Source: an uncultured Actinomycetota bacterium (GTDB lineage: Bacteria; Actinomycetota; Actinomycetes; Propionibacteriales; Kribbellaceae). From it: a stretch of DNA of 64,000 nucleotides. The position numbers and the translations under genes were made by a program. The stretch spans positions 230,226 through 294,225 of the forward strand of contig CAWGHT010000013.1 of assembly GCA_963822475.1 (NCBI GenBank), given 5' to 3'. Below the pieces are notes generated by a model. That model was not told the DNA's origin, ran no database searches, and was given only the letters and a program-made list of their open reading frames with translations. The first letter of the stretch is position 1. Each line of letters opens with the position of its first letter. Below are positions 56,518 through 64,000 of the stretch, in pieces.

Positions 56518-59084
56518 CGAGCCACGCCGGGACGGACGTAGATCGTGGCATCCTGATTACGGAATGCGACCCGATAGCCCTTCGTGCCGGCCAGGACGTC
56601 GTCGAGCCGCGGCACCGCGTTGGCGGGGAGTACGCCGGTGTAGCGCACGGAAACCTGTTGGGACTTCGTGAGGACGACGTAGACCGCTGTACGGGACGGC
56701 GGGCCGGCCACCTCCTCGATCGCCGTCAACGGTGCGGAGGCGGCGAGTGGTTTGCGGTTCGGCGGGAGGTTCTCGAGGAACTCGTACCGGTAGTCCTCGT
56801 AGTGCGTGAACGCCCAGGGGAAGTTGGCGGTCGCGGCGACGACCAGTGAGTCGCGCGGTGCGTGCGCGTACAGCCAGGTCGAGGCCGCGACCTCGTCGGG
56901 GGTGAAACGGTTCGCTCGTTCCTTGCCGTAGTACGCCAGGGTGAACGCCGCGGCGATCGCCAGAACGCAGATCAACGCTACCGGCAACGACCATCGGGCT
57001 GGTCGGGGCGAGTAGACGAATCCGGCGGCGAGCAGGGCGCAGAAGGGCAGTGCGAACAGGTAGATGCGGAACAGCATCTCGCCGCCGTAGCTGTTCATCG
57101 CGAGCAGGGGGAGCGGGCTGATCGCGAGTACGGCGCTGACCCGGATCGGTGCCGCCGCACGCCGGAGGCGAACAGCTCCGGCGATCGCCAGGATGCCCAG
57201 GCACGCGGTCAGACCGCGATCGGCGAGCAGGACCAGGCGTTGCTCTGGTCCCGCCTGGCTGAGATCGACGAACGTCGTCTGGGTGTTCGACGCCGGACGC
57301 CCGATCGACTCGACGATCCAGTAGAGGTTCTGACCGAGGAACTGGGTTGCCATCAAATAGATCCATGCTCCGGTGAGTCCGGCCAGCGCCAGCGGCAGCC
57401 AGACAGGCCGGACCTGCCTGATCAAGACGAGCAGGGTCAAGGCCGACAACAGCATGAACGGTGTGAGTTGGTGACTGCTGACGATGGCGAGCATCAGCAG
57501 GAGCACGATGCCTATGAGCGCCCGGCGGTGGCGTCTGGCCGTGGGCCCGAGTCGCCGCAGGCAGATGGCGAGGACGGTCAGATGCAGTACGTACGCGAAC
57601 GCCTGAGGAGAGAAGTACTCCTGCCCGATCCAGTTGCCCAGTACGAACAACAGGAGCGCGAACCAGACCCGGCGTCGATCATTGCTGAAGTGGTCGAAGA
57701 TCAGCCACAAAGGCACGAGCATCAAGGCCGTGTTCACAACCGGTGCCCAGCCCGCGTAGCTCAGCGTGGCGACCCCTGAGGCCTTCGTCAGCTCCGCGTT
57801 CAGCGCGAAGAAGCCCGGCCAGGCGTGATAGGCGTTCAGGGTCTCGATGTTGGGGTTCACCGCCGCGTGCCGGTCGATGTAGTCGACGATGCCGATGTGC
57901 TTCCACGCCCAGGAATACCGAAGGGTTCCGTACAGCAACGTAGGCGTGCCGTGCAGTACGACGATCAGCGCGAGCAGGTAGCCGGCAGGCACGAGGCGGC
58001 GATGAATGGTGATCACCGCGCCACAGAGGATCGTCACCAACGCAATCCAGAACGCGACGGGCAGCACACTGACCAGACCGAGATCCGTCATCGCATCGAG
58101 GTCGACCGACGGCAAGGACAACGCCCACACGAGAAGCGCAGCAACCACCGGCAGGTGCGCCAGCACCGTCTGCCGATGGGGGAGCGCCCGTCCGACCGCG
58201 TAGCCGAACGAGGTCGCCGCCAGTCCGGCGACCACTGCGGCGCCACGGCGCCCGCCGGCCAGCAGTCCGTGTGGCAGGACTCGGCGCACATAGTCGCGCT
58301 CGGAAGACAACGCGGCTGTGCGGCCGGCGACCCGCGCCACCGTCGCCTTCGAGAGACCCTCCGAATAGCAACGCGACCGGAAGTACGACCACGTCGCGCG
58401 TTCCGAGGGCACGTGATGGCGAACCTTGGCCCGTGGGTCGTGCAACAGCACCCCCTGCGGGAACGCGGCCGCGGCCCGGATGCAGAGTTCGGTCTCCTCG
58501 CAGCCGACCGGCCGCTGTCCGACCCTGCCGAGTTCCGGGCGGAACCCGCCGACCGTCGCCAGCACCGATCGGCGGAAGGACATGTTCGCGCCGACGAAGT
58601 TGCGCACGGCCGCGGTTGTTCGTGGCAGTCCCGAATGGCTGCAACCGATCACCCAGTCGAACTCGGGCGGAAACCATCGCGGTCGGCCGGTTGCCCAGGC
58701 TGGATCGACGTGGCCGCCGACGCCCAGGACGGCGGGATCGGCGTACTCCTCGGTCAGTCGTTCGAGCCAGTCGGGTTCGGCCACCGCGTCGTCGTCCAGG
58801 AACGCCACGATGTCCGACGTACTGGCGTCGACGCCGGTATTGCGCGCTCCGGAGAGACCGCGAGGGCCGTCGCTCTCGACAATGCGGATGCCCTCCAGAC
58901 CACGAGCGCGGTCGGCGAGCTCGGTCGAGTGGTCTACGACCAGGACGACTTCGGCGGCGGGCTGGGTCTGCGTCAGCACCGAGGTGATCGCGTCCACGAT
59001 CTGGGCCCAGCGCTCGACGGTGTAGCAGCAGATCACCACAGAGACCGTGGGGATCGGCGGTGCGCTCGTGACCGTGGCCGTCAT
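56514..59084 (-). CDS. GT2 glycosyltransferase fused to a multi-TM (polymerase/GT-C-like) domain
   Basis: VVICCYT, AFLDDD, GCEETELC; then about 12 TM with YSWAWKHIG, AYHAWPGFF, YFSPQAF. Confidence 0.85.
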   Translation of the reverse strand: MTATVTSAPPIPTVSVVICCYTVERWAQIVDAITSVLTQTQPAAEVVLVVDHSTELADRARGLEGIRIVESDGPRGLSGARNTGVDASTSDIVAFLDDDAVAEPDWLERLTEEYADPAVLGVGGHVDPAWATGRPRWFPPEFDWVIGCSHSGLPRTTAAVRNFVGANMSFRRSVLATVGGFRPELGRVGQRPVGCEETELCIRAAAAFPQGVLLHDPRAKVRHHVPSERATWSYFRSRCYSEGLSKATVARVAGRTAALSSERDYVRRVLPHGLLAGGRRGAAVVAGLAATSFGYAVGRALPHRQTVLAHLPVVAALLVWALSLPSVDLDAMTDLGLVSVLPVAFWIALVTILCGAVITIHRRLVPAGYLLALIVVLHGTPTLLYGTLRYSWAWKHIGIVDYIDRHAAVNPNIETLNAYHAWPGFFALNAELTKASGVATLSYAGWAPVVNTALMLVPLWLIFDHFSNDRRRVWFALLLFVLGNWIGQEYFSPQAFAYVLHLTVLAICLRRLGPTARRHRRALIGIVLLLMLAIVSSHQLTPFMLLSALTLLVLIRQVRPVWLPLALAGLTGAWIYLMATQFLGQNLYWIVESIGRPASNTQTTFVDLSQAGPEQRLVLLADRGLTACLGILAIAGAVRLRRAAAPIRVSAVLAISPLPLLAMNSYGGEMLFRIYLFALPFCALLAAGFVYSPRPARWSLPVALICVLAIAAAFTLAYYGKERANRFTPDEVAASTWLYAHAPRDSLVVAATANFPWAFTHYEDYRYEFLENLPPNRKPLAASAPLTAIEEVAGPPSRTAVYVVLTKSQQVSVRYTGVLPANAVPRLDDVLAGTKGYRVAFRNQDATIYVRPGVAR

Positions 59085-61258
59085 CGCGACACCTCGCGAA
59101 GAACCGGTACGACGTTCCGGCGCAACCAGATCGGGCTCGCGGCGTACCGCCCGGACTTTGTCAGGTTGCCGGTGACGTGGCGCAGCCAGCCGAGCAGCAG
59201 CAACGCGCGACCGGTCGCCTCGTTCGGTGAACCCAGCAGCGCGCGCTCCTGATCGGTCCAGCAGTGTTCACGCCGGAGCCGGTCGACGACCCGGCGGCCG
59301 AGTTCACGGCGGTCGGTGGTCGCGGTCAGCAGCCACAGGACGTTGTCCAGGGCAACGATGCTGTCCGTGGCCTGATCCCAGTCGACGATGCCGCTGACCA
59401 GGCCGGCGTCGTACAGGACGTTGCCCGGGTGGAAATCGCCGTGCGTCCAGCCCATCTGGACGGTCTGTCCGAGCAGCGTGCTGTCAAGGTCTGCTGCCAC
59501 TGAGTCGACGGCGCGACGTAACCACTCGGTACCCACGGCCCCGCGAAGGACGGCTGCGGGCACATCCACGAGCTCGTCCAGGTGAACGGCGTCCAGCGTG
59601 ACGCGTCGGCTGGTTCGGTCGTGGAGGCAACGGATCGCGTCGAGGGCGCCAACTGACTCGGCGACAGACACGTGCCGACCGGGGAGTCCCGGAAGCTTCG
59701 CGGTCACCAGGTATCCGTCGCCGCCCTCGATCACACTCGGCAAGAGACGCCTCCACTGTCCGAGTCGGTCGTCGACCGTCAACTGGGAGAGGACGCTGTG
59801 CTCGCGGTTCAACGCGGCCGCACCCACGCGGGTGTCGCTCGCGCGCAATACCGCGTCGTCGAGCATCACGACAGCGGAGTCCGACGCCGACGGCAGCACG
59901 CGTTCGATCACGCCGCCGCGGCGCGACCGTGCGACCGCGGCCGCTGCCACCGCCTTGCGTGGTGTGGTTCGTACGAAGCGCAGCTCGCGGGCCAGCACGA
60001 CTCCGGCCAGAAGCGTCTCGGCCACCAGCCAGCCCGCCCCGGCGCCGGCGATCCCGATCCGGGGCACCGCGACCACGGTGATCCCGACCACGATCGCTCC
60101 GGTGGCGATCAGGTACCAGGCGACCTCGCCGGTACGGCGTTCGGCCCGGGCGCGACTGATCGCGAGGGACACGACGGCATTCGGTATGACCGAAAGGATC
60201 AGCAGCCGCAACGTCGTCGTACCGTGGCTCGCGTACCAGTCGCCAAAGGTGGCCAGCAGCCATGGAGCGCCCGCGACGAGCAGCAACACCGCTGGCGTCA
60301 ACAGGTTCAGCATGTGCCGGCGCAGCTGCCGGTACTGCGGCGGCAGGCGATCGGGATCCTTCGCGCCGGCTGCCACCAGTGCCTGACCGAACGCCGCGGG
60401 CACGTGGAATGCCGCCAGGCAGATCGACCAGGGCAAGGCGAATGCCGCCGATTCGGCGGGTCCGGTGAGCCCGAGCACGAGCACCGGGACGAGCGTCGTA
60501 CTCGCCACCCAGCACAACGAGCCGACGTAGTCCGGCCCGATGAAACGCATCAGGTCGGCCACTGACACGACCTCACGCCTGGGCCCGTGGGCGAACCGGG
60601 GTATGGCGCGACGGCCGAGGTAGACCGTGGTGCCGGCGACGGCGACCATCAGGCCGATGACCCAGGACAGCCAGATCCCGTTGCTCCCAGCAACCACTGC
60701 GAGGATGGCGACAAGGGACAGCTTGAGTACGGCGAAGACCAGGTTCTCGGCCGGCACCGCGGTGGCCCGGCCGAGCGCGACGAGCACATTGTCCTGCATG
60801 ACGAAGATCGCCGCACAGCCGGTGGCGATCGCGAACAGCACCGCCGAAGCCCCGGAACGGACCAGTCCGGCGAGCTCAGGCGCCCATACCGGCACGCCGA
60901 GGACGAAGACCGTCCCGGCGACGACGCTCAAGCCGCCGCCGAGCAGGTACGAGCGGACGATCATGGTCTTCGCCGCGGGGCCCGAGGTGGGAAGAAAGCG
61001 CAGCAGGGCGCTCATCAGGTTGAGCTGGGCACAGCCGGCCAGGAACATCATCGCGGAGATCGCCGCCGCGTTGCGGCCGACCGCCTCCGGTGGGTAGAAG
61101 CGCGCAGCCACGAGCCAGTAGACGATGCCGACCACACCGGTCAGCACCGAGCTGGCGACCAGCAGGTGTCCACTGCGGAAGAGGGGTTGTCGCCAGCGTT
61201 CCGTGTGGGCGCTGACGAATCGCTGAAGGGAGCGGCTTCCGATCGCGCCCGTGGTCAT
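59081..61258 (-). CDS. Wzx/MATE-like flippase fused to an APH-family phosphotransferase
   Basis: About 12 TM (LNLMSALLRFLP); C-terminal WTHGDFHPGNV and IVDWD. Confidence 0.85.
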   Translation of the reverse strand: MTTGAIGSRSLQRFVSAHTERWRQPLFRSGHLLVASSVLTGVVGIVYWLVAARFYPPEAVGRNAAAISAMMFLAGCAQLNLMSALLRFLPTSGPAAKTMIVRSYLLGGGLSVVAGTVFVLGVPVWAPELAGLVRSGASAVLFAIATGCAAIFVMQDNVLVALGRATAVPAENLVFAVLKLSLVAILAVVAGSNGIWLSWVIGLMVAVAGTTVYLGRRAIPRFAHGPRREVVSVADLMRFIGPDYVGSLCWVASTTLVPVLVLGLTGPAESAAFALPWSICLAAFHVPAAFGQALVAAGAKDPDRLPPQYRQLRRHMLNLLTPAVLLLVAGAPWLLATFGDWYASHGTTTLRLLILSVIPNAVVSLAISRARAERRTGEVAWYLIATGAIVVGITVVAVPRIGIAGAGAGWLVAETLLAGVVLARELRFVRTTPRKAVAAAAVARSRRGGVIERVLPSASDSAVVMLDDAVLRASDTRVGAAALNREHSVLSQLTVDDRLGQWRRLLPSVIEGGDGYLVTAKLPGLPGRHVSVAESVGALDAIRCLHDRTSRRVTLDAVHLDELVDVPAAVLRGAVGTEWLRRAVDSVAADLDSTLLGQTVQMGWTHGDFHPGNVLYDAGLVSGIVDWDQATDSIVALDNVLWLLTATTDRRELGRRVVDRLRREHCWTDQERALLGSPNEATGRALLLLGWLRHVTGNLTKSGRYAASPIWLRRNVVPVLREVSR

Positions 61259-62466
61259 CGCCGGGTCACCTCGCGGTAACGCCAACGACTCCACGCGTAG
61301 GCGGCAGGGCCGACACAGATCCCCAGCCGCTCGCGCCAGACGAGCTCAGCCGGAAAGTCGTTGCCACGGCCAACATTCCGGACCGATCCGGGTGAGAGCA
61401 GATGCCGCAGCGCCGGAACCGCGCGCCGTGTCATCGTGATGGCGTCGCGCGGATTCCGGCGTACCGCCGCCGACAGGTACGCACCGAGCCCGACGCCGTA
61501 CCCGTAGGCCTGGCGCCGCAGGCTCGCGTAGTCGCGCCGGTGGTGATGCCGGACGATCGCGGCCGGTTCGTAGACGAGGGTGCGGCCGTCGAGCACGACG
61601 CGCAGGAACGCGTCGAGGTCATCGCCGCCCTTGGCCGGCGTGCCAGCACCGGTCGCCGGATCGAAGCCCCCGTTCGTGCGCAGCCAATCGGTGCGGAAGG
61701 CCATGTTGGCGCCGGAGCCGAAGCGACCGGCGGTGAACGGGAACAGGCGGTCGGCCGGTGGCCTGCGCAGGCTGTAGGTCCGGGGCTCGTACCCTCGAGC
61801 GAACCCGCCGGCGTCCTCGATCCACCGTTGCGCCGCCGTCTCCAGTTCGGCCGGGAGGATCAGGCCGGTCACGCACGCCACCTCGGCGTCCGTGAACGGT
61901 CTGCTGATCGCTGCCAGCCAGTGTGGATCGATCTCCACGTCGTCGTCGGTGAAGGCGGCGATCGTACCGGTCAGGTGTTCGATCGCGACGTCGTGCGCAT
62001 AGCCGAGACCCGGCCGGTCCGCTCGCACATACCGGGGCGAGAACGGCCAGCGGTCGACGGACTCCCGCAACGTTCGGTCGGTACGGTCACTCGACGGCGC
62101 GCTGTCGACGACAACGACGTCGTACGACGGATGCGCGCACGTCGCCAGCGTGTCGAGGCATCGGACCAGGCCGGCCGGCCGCTCCCGGGTGGCGATCACG
62201 ACGGTCGCGGTCGGAGGATCGACGGGCCGAGGTACGACATGACCGGACGTCGTGCCGAGTTGTTCGGCGACCGCTCGGCGAAGGTCGTCCGCGGTCGGTG
62301 TGCTGCCGATGCGGAGATGGATCTCTCCCAACGGTCGCTCGCGGGAGCGGACCAGCAGGCGCGCGGCGCCGTATCCGCTCGTGTTGCCGAGGGGCGGATC
62401 CGGCCACGGACGGTCCAGGTGCAGATCGCCGACGAGAATCCGCCGGCCGCCGGACGGACCGCTCAC
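61255..62466 (-). CDS. GT2 glycosyltransferase
   Basis: VVIATRER, VVDSAP, AFTDDD, GSGANMAF, GGDDLD. Confidence 0.9.
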   Translation of the reverse strand: MSGPSGGRRILVGDLHLDRPWPDPPLGNTSGYGAARLLVRSRERPLGEIHLRIGSTPTADDLRRAVAEQLGTTSGHVVPRPVDPPTATVVIATRERPAGLVRCLDTLATCAHPSYDVVVVDSAPSSDRTDRTLRESVDRWPFSPRYVRADRPGLGYAHDVAIEHLTGTIAAFTDDDVEIDPHWLAAISRPFTDAEVACVTGLILPAELETAAQRWIEDAGGFARGYEPRTYSLRRPPADRLFPFTAGRFGSGANMAFRTDWLRTNGGFDPATGAGTPAKGGDDLDAFLRVVLDGRTLVYEPAAIVRHHHRRDYASLRRQAYGYGVGLGAYLSAAVRRNPRDAITMTRRAVPALRHLLSPGSVRNVGRGNDFPAELVWRERLGICVGPAAYAWSRWRYREVTRR

Positions 62467-63248
62467 TCCGCGACCAGCCAGGTCCGCCGAGCTGCCTTGG
62501 CAAGCTTCCCCGGGTGATCGGTGAGGAGCGCGGAGAGGACGCGGCGGCCGTCGCGGATCGCGTGCAGGTTCGAGTGGCCGCTGCGACGAGGCAGTTCGAG
62601 GCTCGGCACCTCCGCGATCCGCAGACCCGCCTGCACCGCATGGACAGTCATCTGGGCCTCGATCTCGAACCCGGACGCACTCAGTTTCAGGTGCTCGAGG
62701 AACCGCCGGTCGAAGGCGCAGAAGCCGTAGCACAAGTCCGTCAGCTTGGTGTCGTACAACATGTTCATCGCCGCGAGCAGGGCCCGATTGCCCCAGCGGC
62801 GGAACGGAGTGATGTCGAGAGAGCCTCCGCCGCCGATGAATCGCGAGCCCTTGACGAAGTCGTAGCCGTTGGCAAGGAAATGCAGGTAGTGCGGGATCTC
62901 CCCCGGAGACATGCTGCCGTCGGCGTCCATCATCACCACGACATCGCCGGTGCACGCCTCGAACCCGGTCCGCAGTGCCGTCCCCTTCCCCGGACCGGAC
63001 TGGGCGATCACCCGGACGTCTGGCCGGCAGGTGAGCGCCATCGCGGTCGTCGCGTCCACGGAGTCGCCGTCCACGAGCACGATTTCGTCAATGCAGGAAG
63101 GGATCTGACTGAGTACCCATACGAGATTGCGGGCTTCGTTCTTTACTGGGATGACAAGACTCACCGTCGTACGTTCCGGTGGCCTGCGGGCGGTTGCTGG
63201 TGAGCGTGTGCGGTTGTTCGGCGGCGTGGCAGAATCCGTCGCGGTCAT
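62463..63248 (-). CDS. GT2 glycosyltransferase (DPM-synthase-like initiating GT)
   Basis: VIPVKNE, VDGDSVD, GKGTAL, MDADGS, FEIE. Confidence 0.92.
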   Translation of the reverse strand: MTATDSATPPNNRTRSPATARRPPERTTVSLVIPVKNEARNLVWVLSQIPSCIDEIVLVDGDSVDATTAMALTCRPDVRVIAQSGPGKGTALRTGFEACTGDVVVMMDADGSMSPGEIPHYLHFLANGYDFVKGSRFIGGGGSLDITPFRRWGNRALLAAMNMLYDTKLTDLCYGFCAFDRRFLEHLKLSASGFEIEAQMTVHAVQAGLRIAEVPSLELPRRSGHSNLHAIRDGRRVLSALLTDHPGKLAKAARRTWLVAE

Positions 63249-63301
63249 GTGTTCCCCCCACTGATGCGGTTATGTCCCACTGGTGCGCGACGGGTACGGC
63301 G

Positions 63302-63340
63302 TTGATGCATCGAATTCACGACATTCACCGGGTCTTTCCA
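63302..63340 (+). promoter_or_regulatory. Candidate promoter motif TTGATGCAnnGAATTC (copy 2)
   Basis: Matches 45452-45467; lies in the divergent intergenic region. Confidence 0.4.
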
Positions 63341-63386
63341 GAGCGGCTGTCCGTTCGTATGGTGGGGCGTTGGGGGAGGGGATCGG

Positions 63387-64000
63387 ATGAGGAACCTGTG
63401 CGCGCGAGCTTGGACCTTCGCCGTTGTCGCGGCTGCCCTCGCAGCTGTCGCGGCGCCGCCGGCGGCGGCTGCGGCGCCGCGACGGTTGGCCATGGCAACG
63501 ACCGCGACGACGACGACCGCGACGACGACGACCGCGACGACGACGACCGCGGCGACGACGGTCGCGGTGCGTGGTCAGGCGAGTACTGCGGCGTACGGGC
63601 CGAACACGGCGACGAAGATCACACTGCCGCGGCCCAAGGGCGCCAAGACCGGCGATCTGCTGATCGCGACGATCGGGTTCGGCCGCAACGGCGCGACCGC
63701 TCAGCCGGTCCTGACCGCGCCGGCGCGGTGGGATCTCGTCATGCGAACGGACAGTGGAGTCGCGGATGCGCTCGCCGTTTACCGGCACGTGTTGGTGGCG
63801 GGGGAGAAGAACTTCGTCTGGCTTCCGAACGTCGCCGTGGGTGGCGTCGCGAGTATCGTCGCTGTCACCGGCGCCGACCCTGATCGTCCGGTGGATGTAT
63901 CGGCCGGGCTGGCAGCGACGGGGCCGACGCGGCAGATAGCGACGGCTTCCGTCACCACGTCGACCGCGGGATCCCTGTTGCTCGCAGCGTACTACGGCTA
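63387..64000 (+). CDS. Secreted/surface protein, 3' end outside the window (absent from the ORF track because it has no stop)
   Basis: RBS GGAGGGG; MRNLCARAWTFAVVAAALAAVAAPPAAAA signal, Thr-rich linker, then ITLPRPKGAKTGDLLIATIG beta-rich domain; open to the window end. Confidence 0.8.
   Translation, partial: MRNLCARAWTFAVVAAALAAVAAPPAAAAAPRRLAMATTATTTTATTTTATTTTAATTVAVRGQASTAAYGPNTATKITLPRPKGAKTGDLLIATIGFGRNGATAQPVLTAPARWDLVMRTDSGVADALAVYRHVLVAGEKNFVWLPNVAVGGVASIVAVTGADPDRPVDVSAGLAATGPTRQIATASVTTSTAGSLLLAAYYG
63501..63560 (+). repeat. In-frame 15-bp tandem repeat (TATTT) x4
   Basis: accgcgacgacgacg x3 plus accgcggcgacgacg. Confidence 0.9.

Noticed and set aside
59081-59900. Aminoglycoside resistance gene
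   Set aside because: The APH-fold domain is fused to a flippase inside a glycan operon; the fold alone does not imply resistance

Overview
High-GC actinobacterial chromosome segment; gene content and style look Kribbella/Nocardioidaceae-like (inference, not a database result). It has three parts. (1) 1-34.6 kb, host-type genes: penicillin-acylase-like Ntn hydrolase, YbjQ/GH1/MFS operon, YcaQ-like glycosylase, tctABC with a CitA/CitB-type two-component system, several MFS/TetR/oxidoreductase genes, a modular PQQ sugar dehydrogenase, a Cho/UvrC-like nuclease, TrmH and a PLP decarboxylase. Three of these genes carry isolated +1 frameshifts, probably sequencing errors. (2) 34.6-45.4 kb: tRNA-Thr(TGT) followed by a decaying island. 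It holds a pseudogenised tyrosine integrase with an XRE-HTH inserted in its catalytic domain, a second integrase fragment, redox/stress cargo (ECF sigma with zinc anti-sigma, flavodoxin, Rieske-ThDP fusion, Dps, Mo oxidoreductase) and gene relics, and ends near a possible tRNA 3'-end (att-like) fragment. (3) 45.5-64 kb, the best candidate for an undescribed system: a translationally coupled operon of ECF sigma, putative soluble anti-sigma, TPR-CHAT (caspase-like) protease and secreted S8 subtilase. It converges on a 9-gene glycan operon rich in unusual fusions (PRTase-like/kinase-like/HAD, Wzx-like flippase/APH kinase, GT2/multi-TM). A TTGATGCAnnGAATTC motif occurs upstream of the sigma and again in the divergent promoter region at the far end of the glycan operon. 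The host part also shows repeated C-rich-to-G-rich strand-skew switches at gene boundaries, independent of gene orientation. No CRISPR array or rRNA was seen. All domain calls come from motif recognition by eye; no searches were run.
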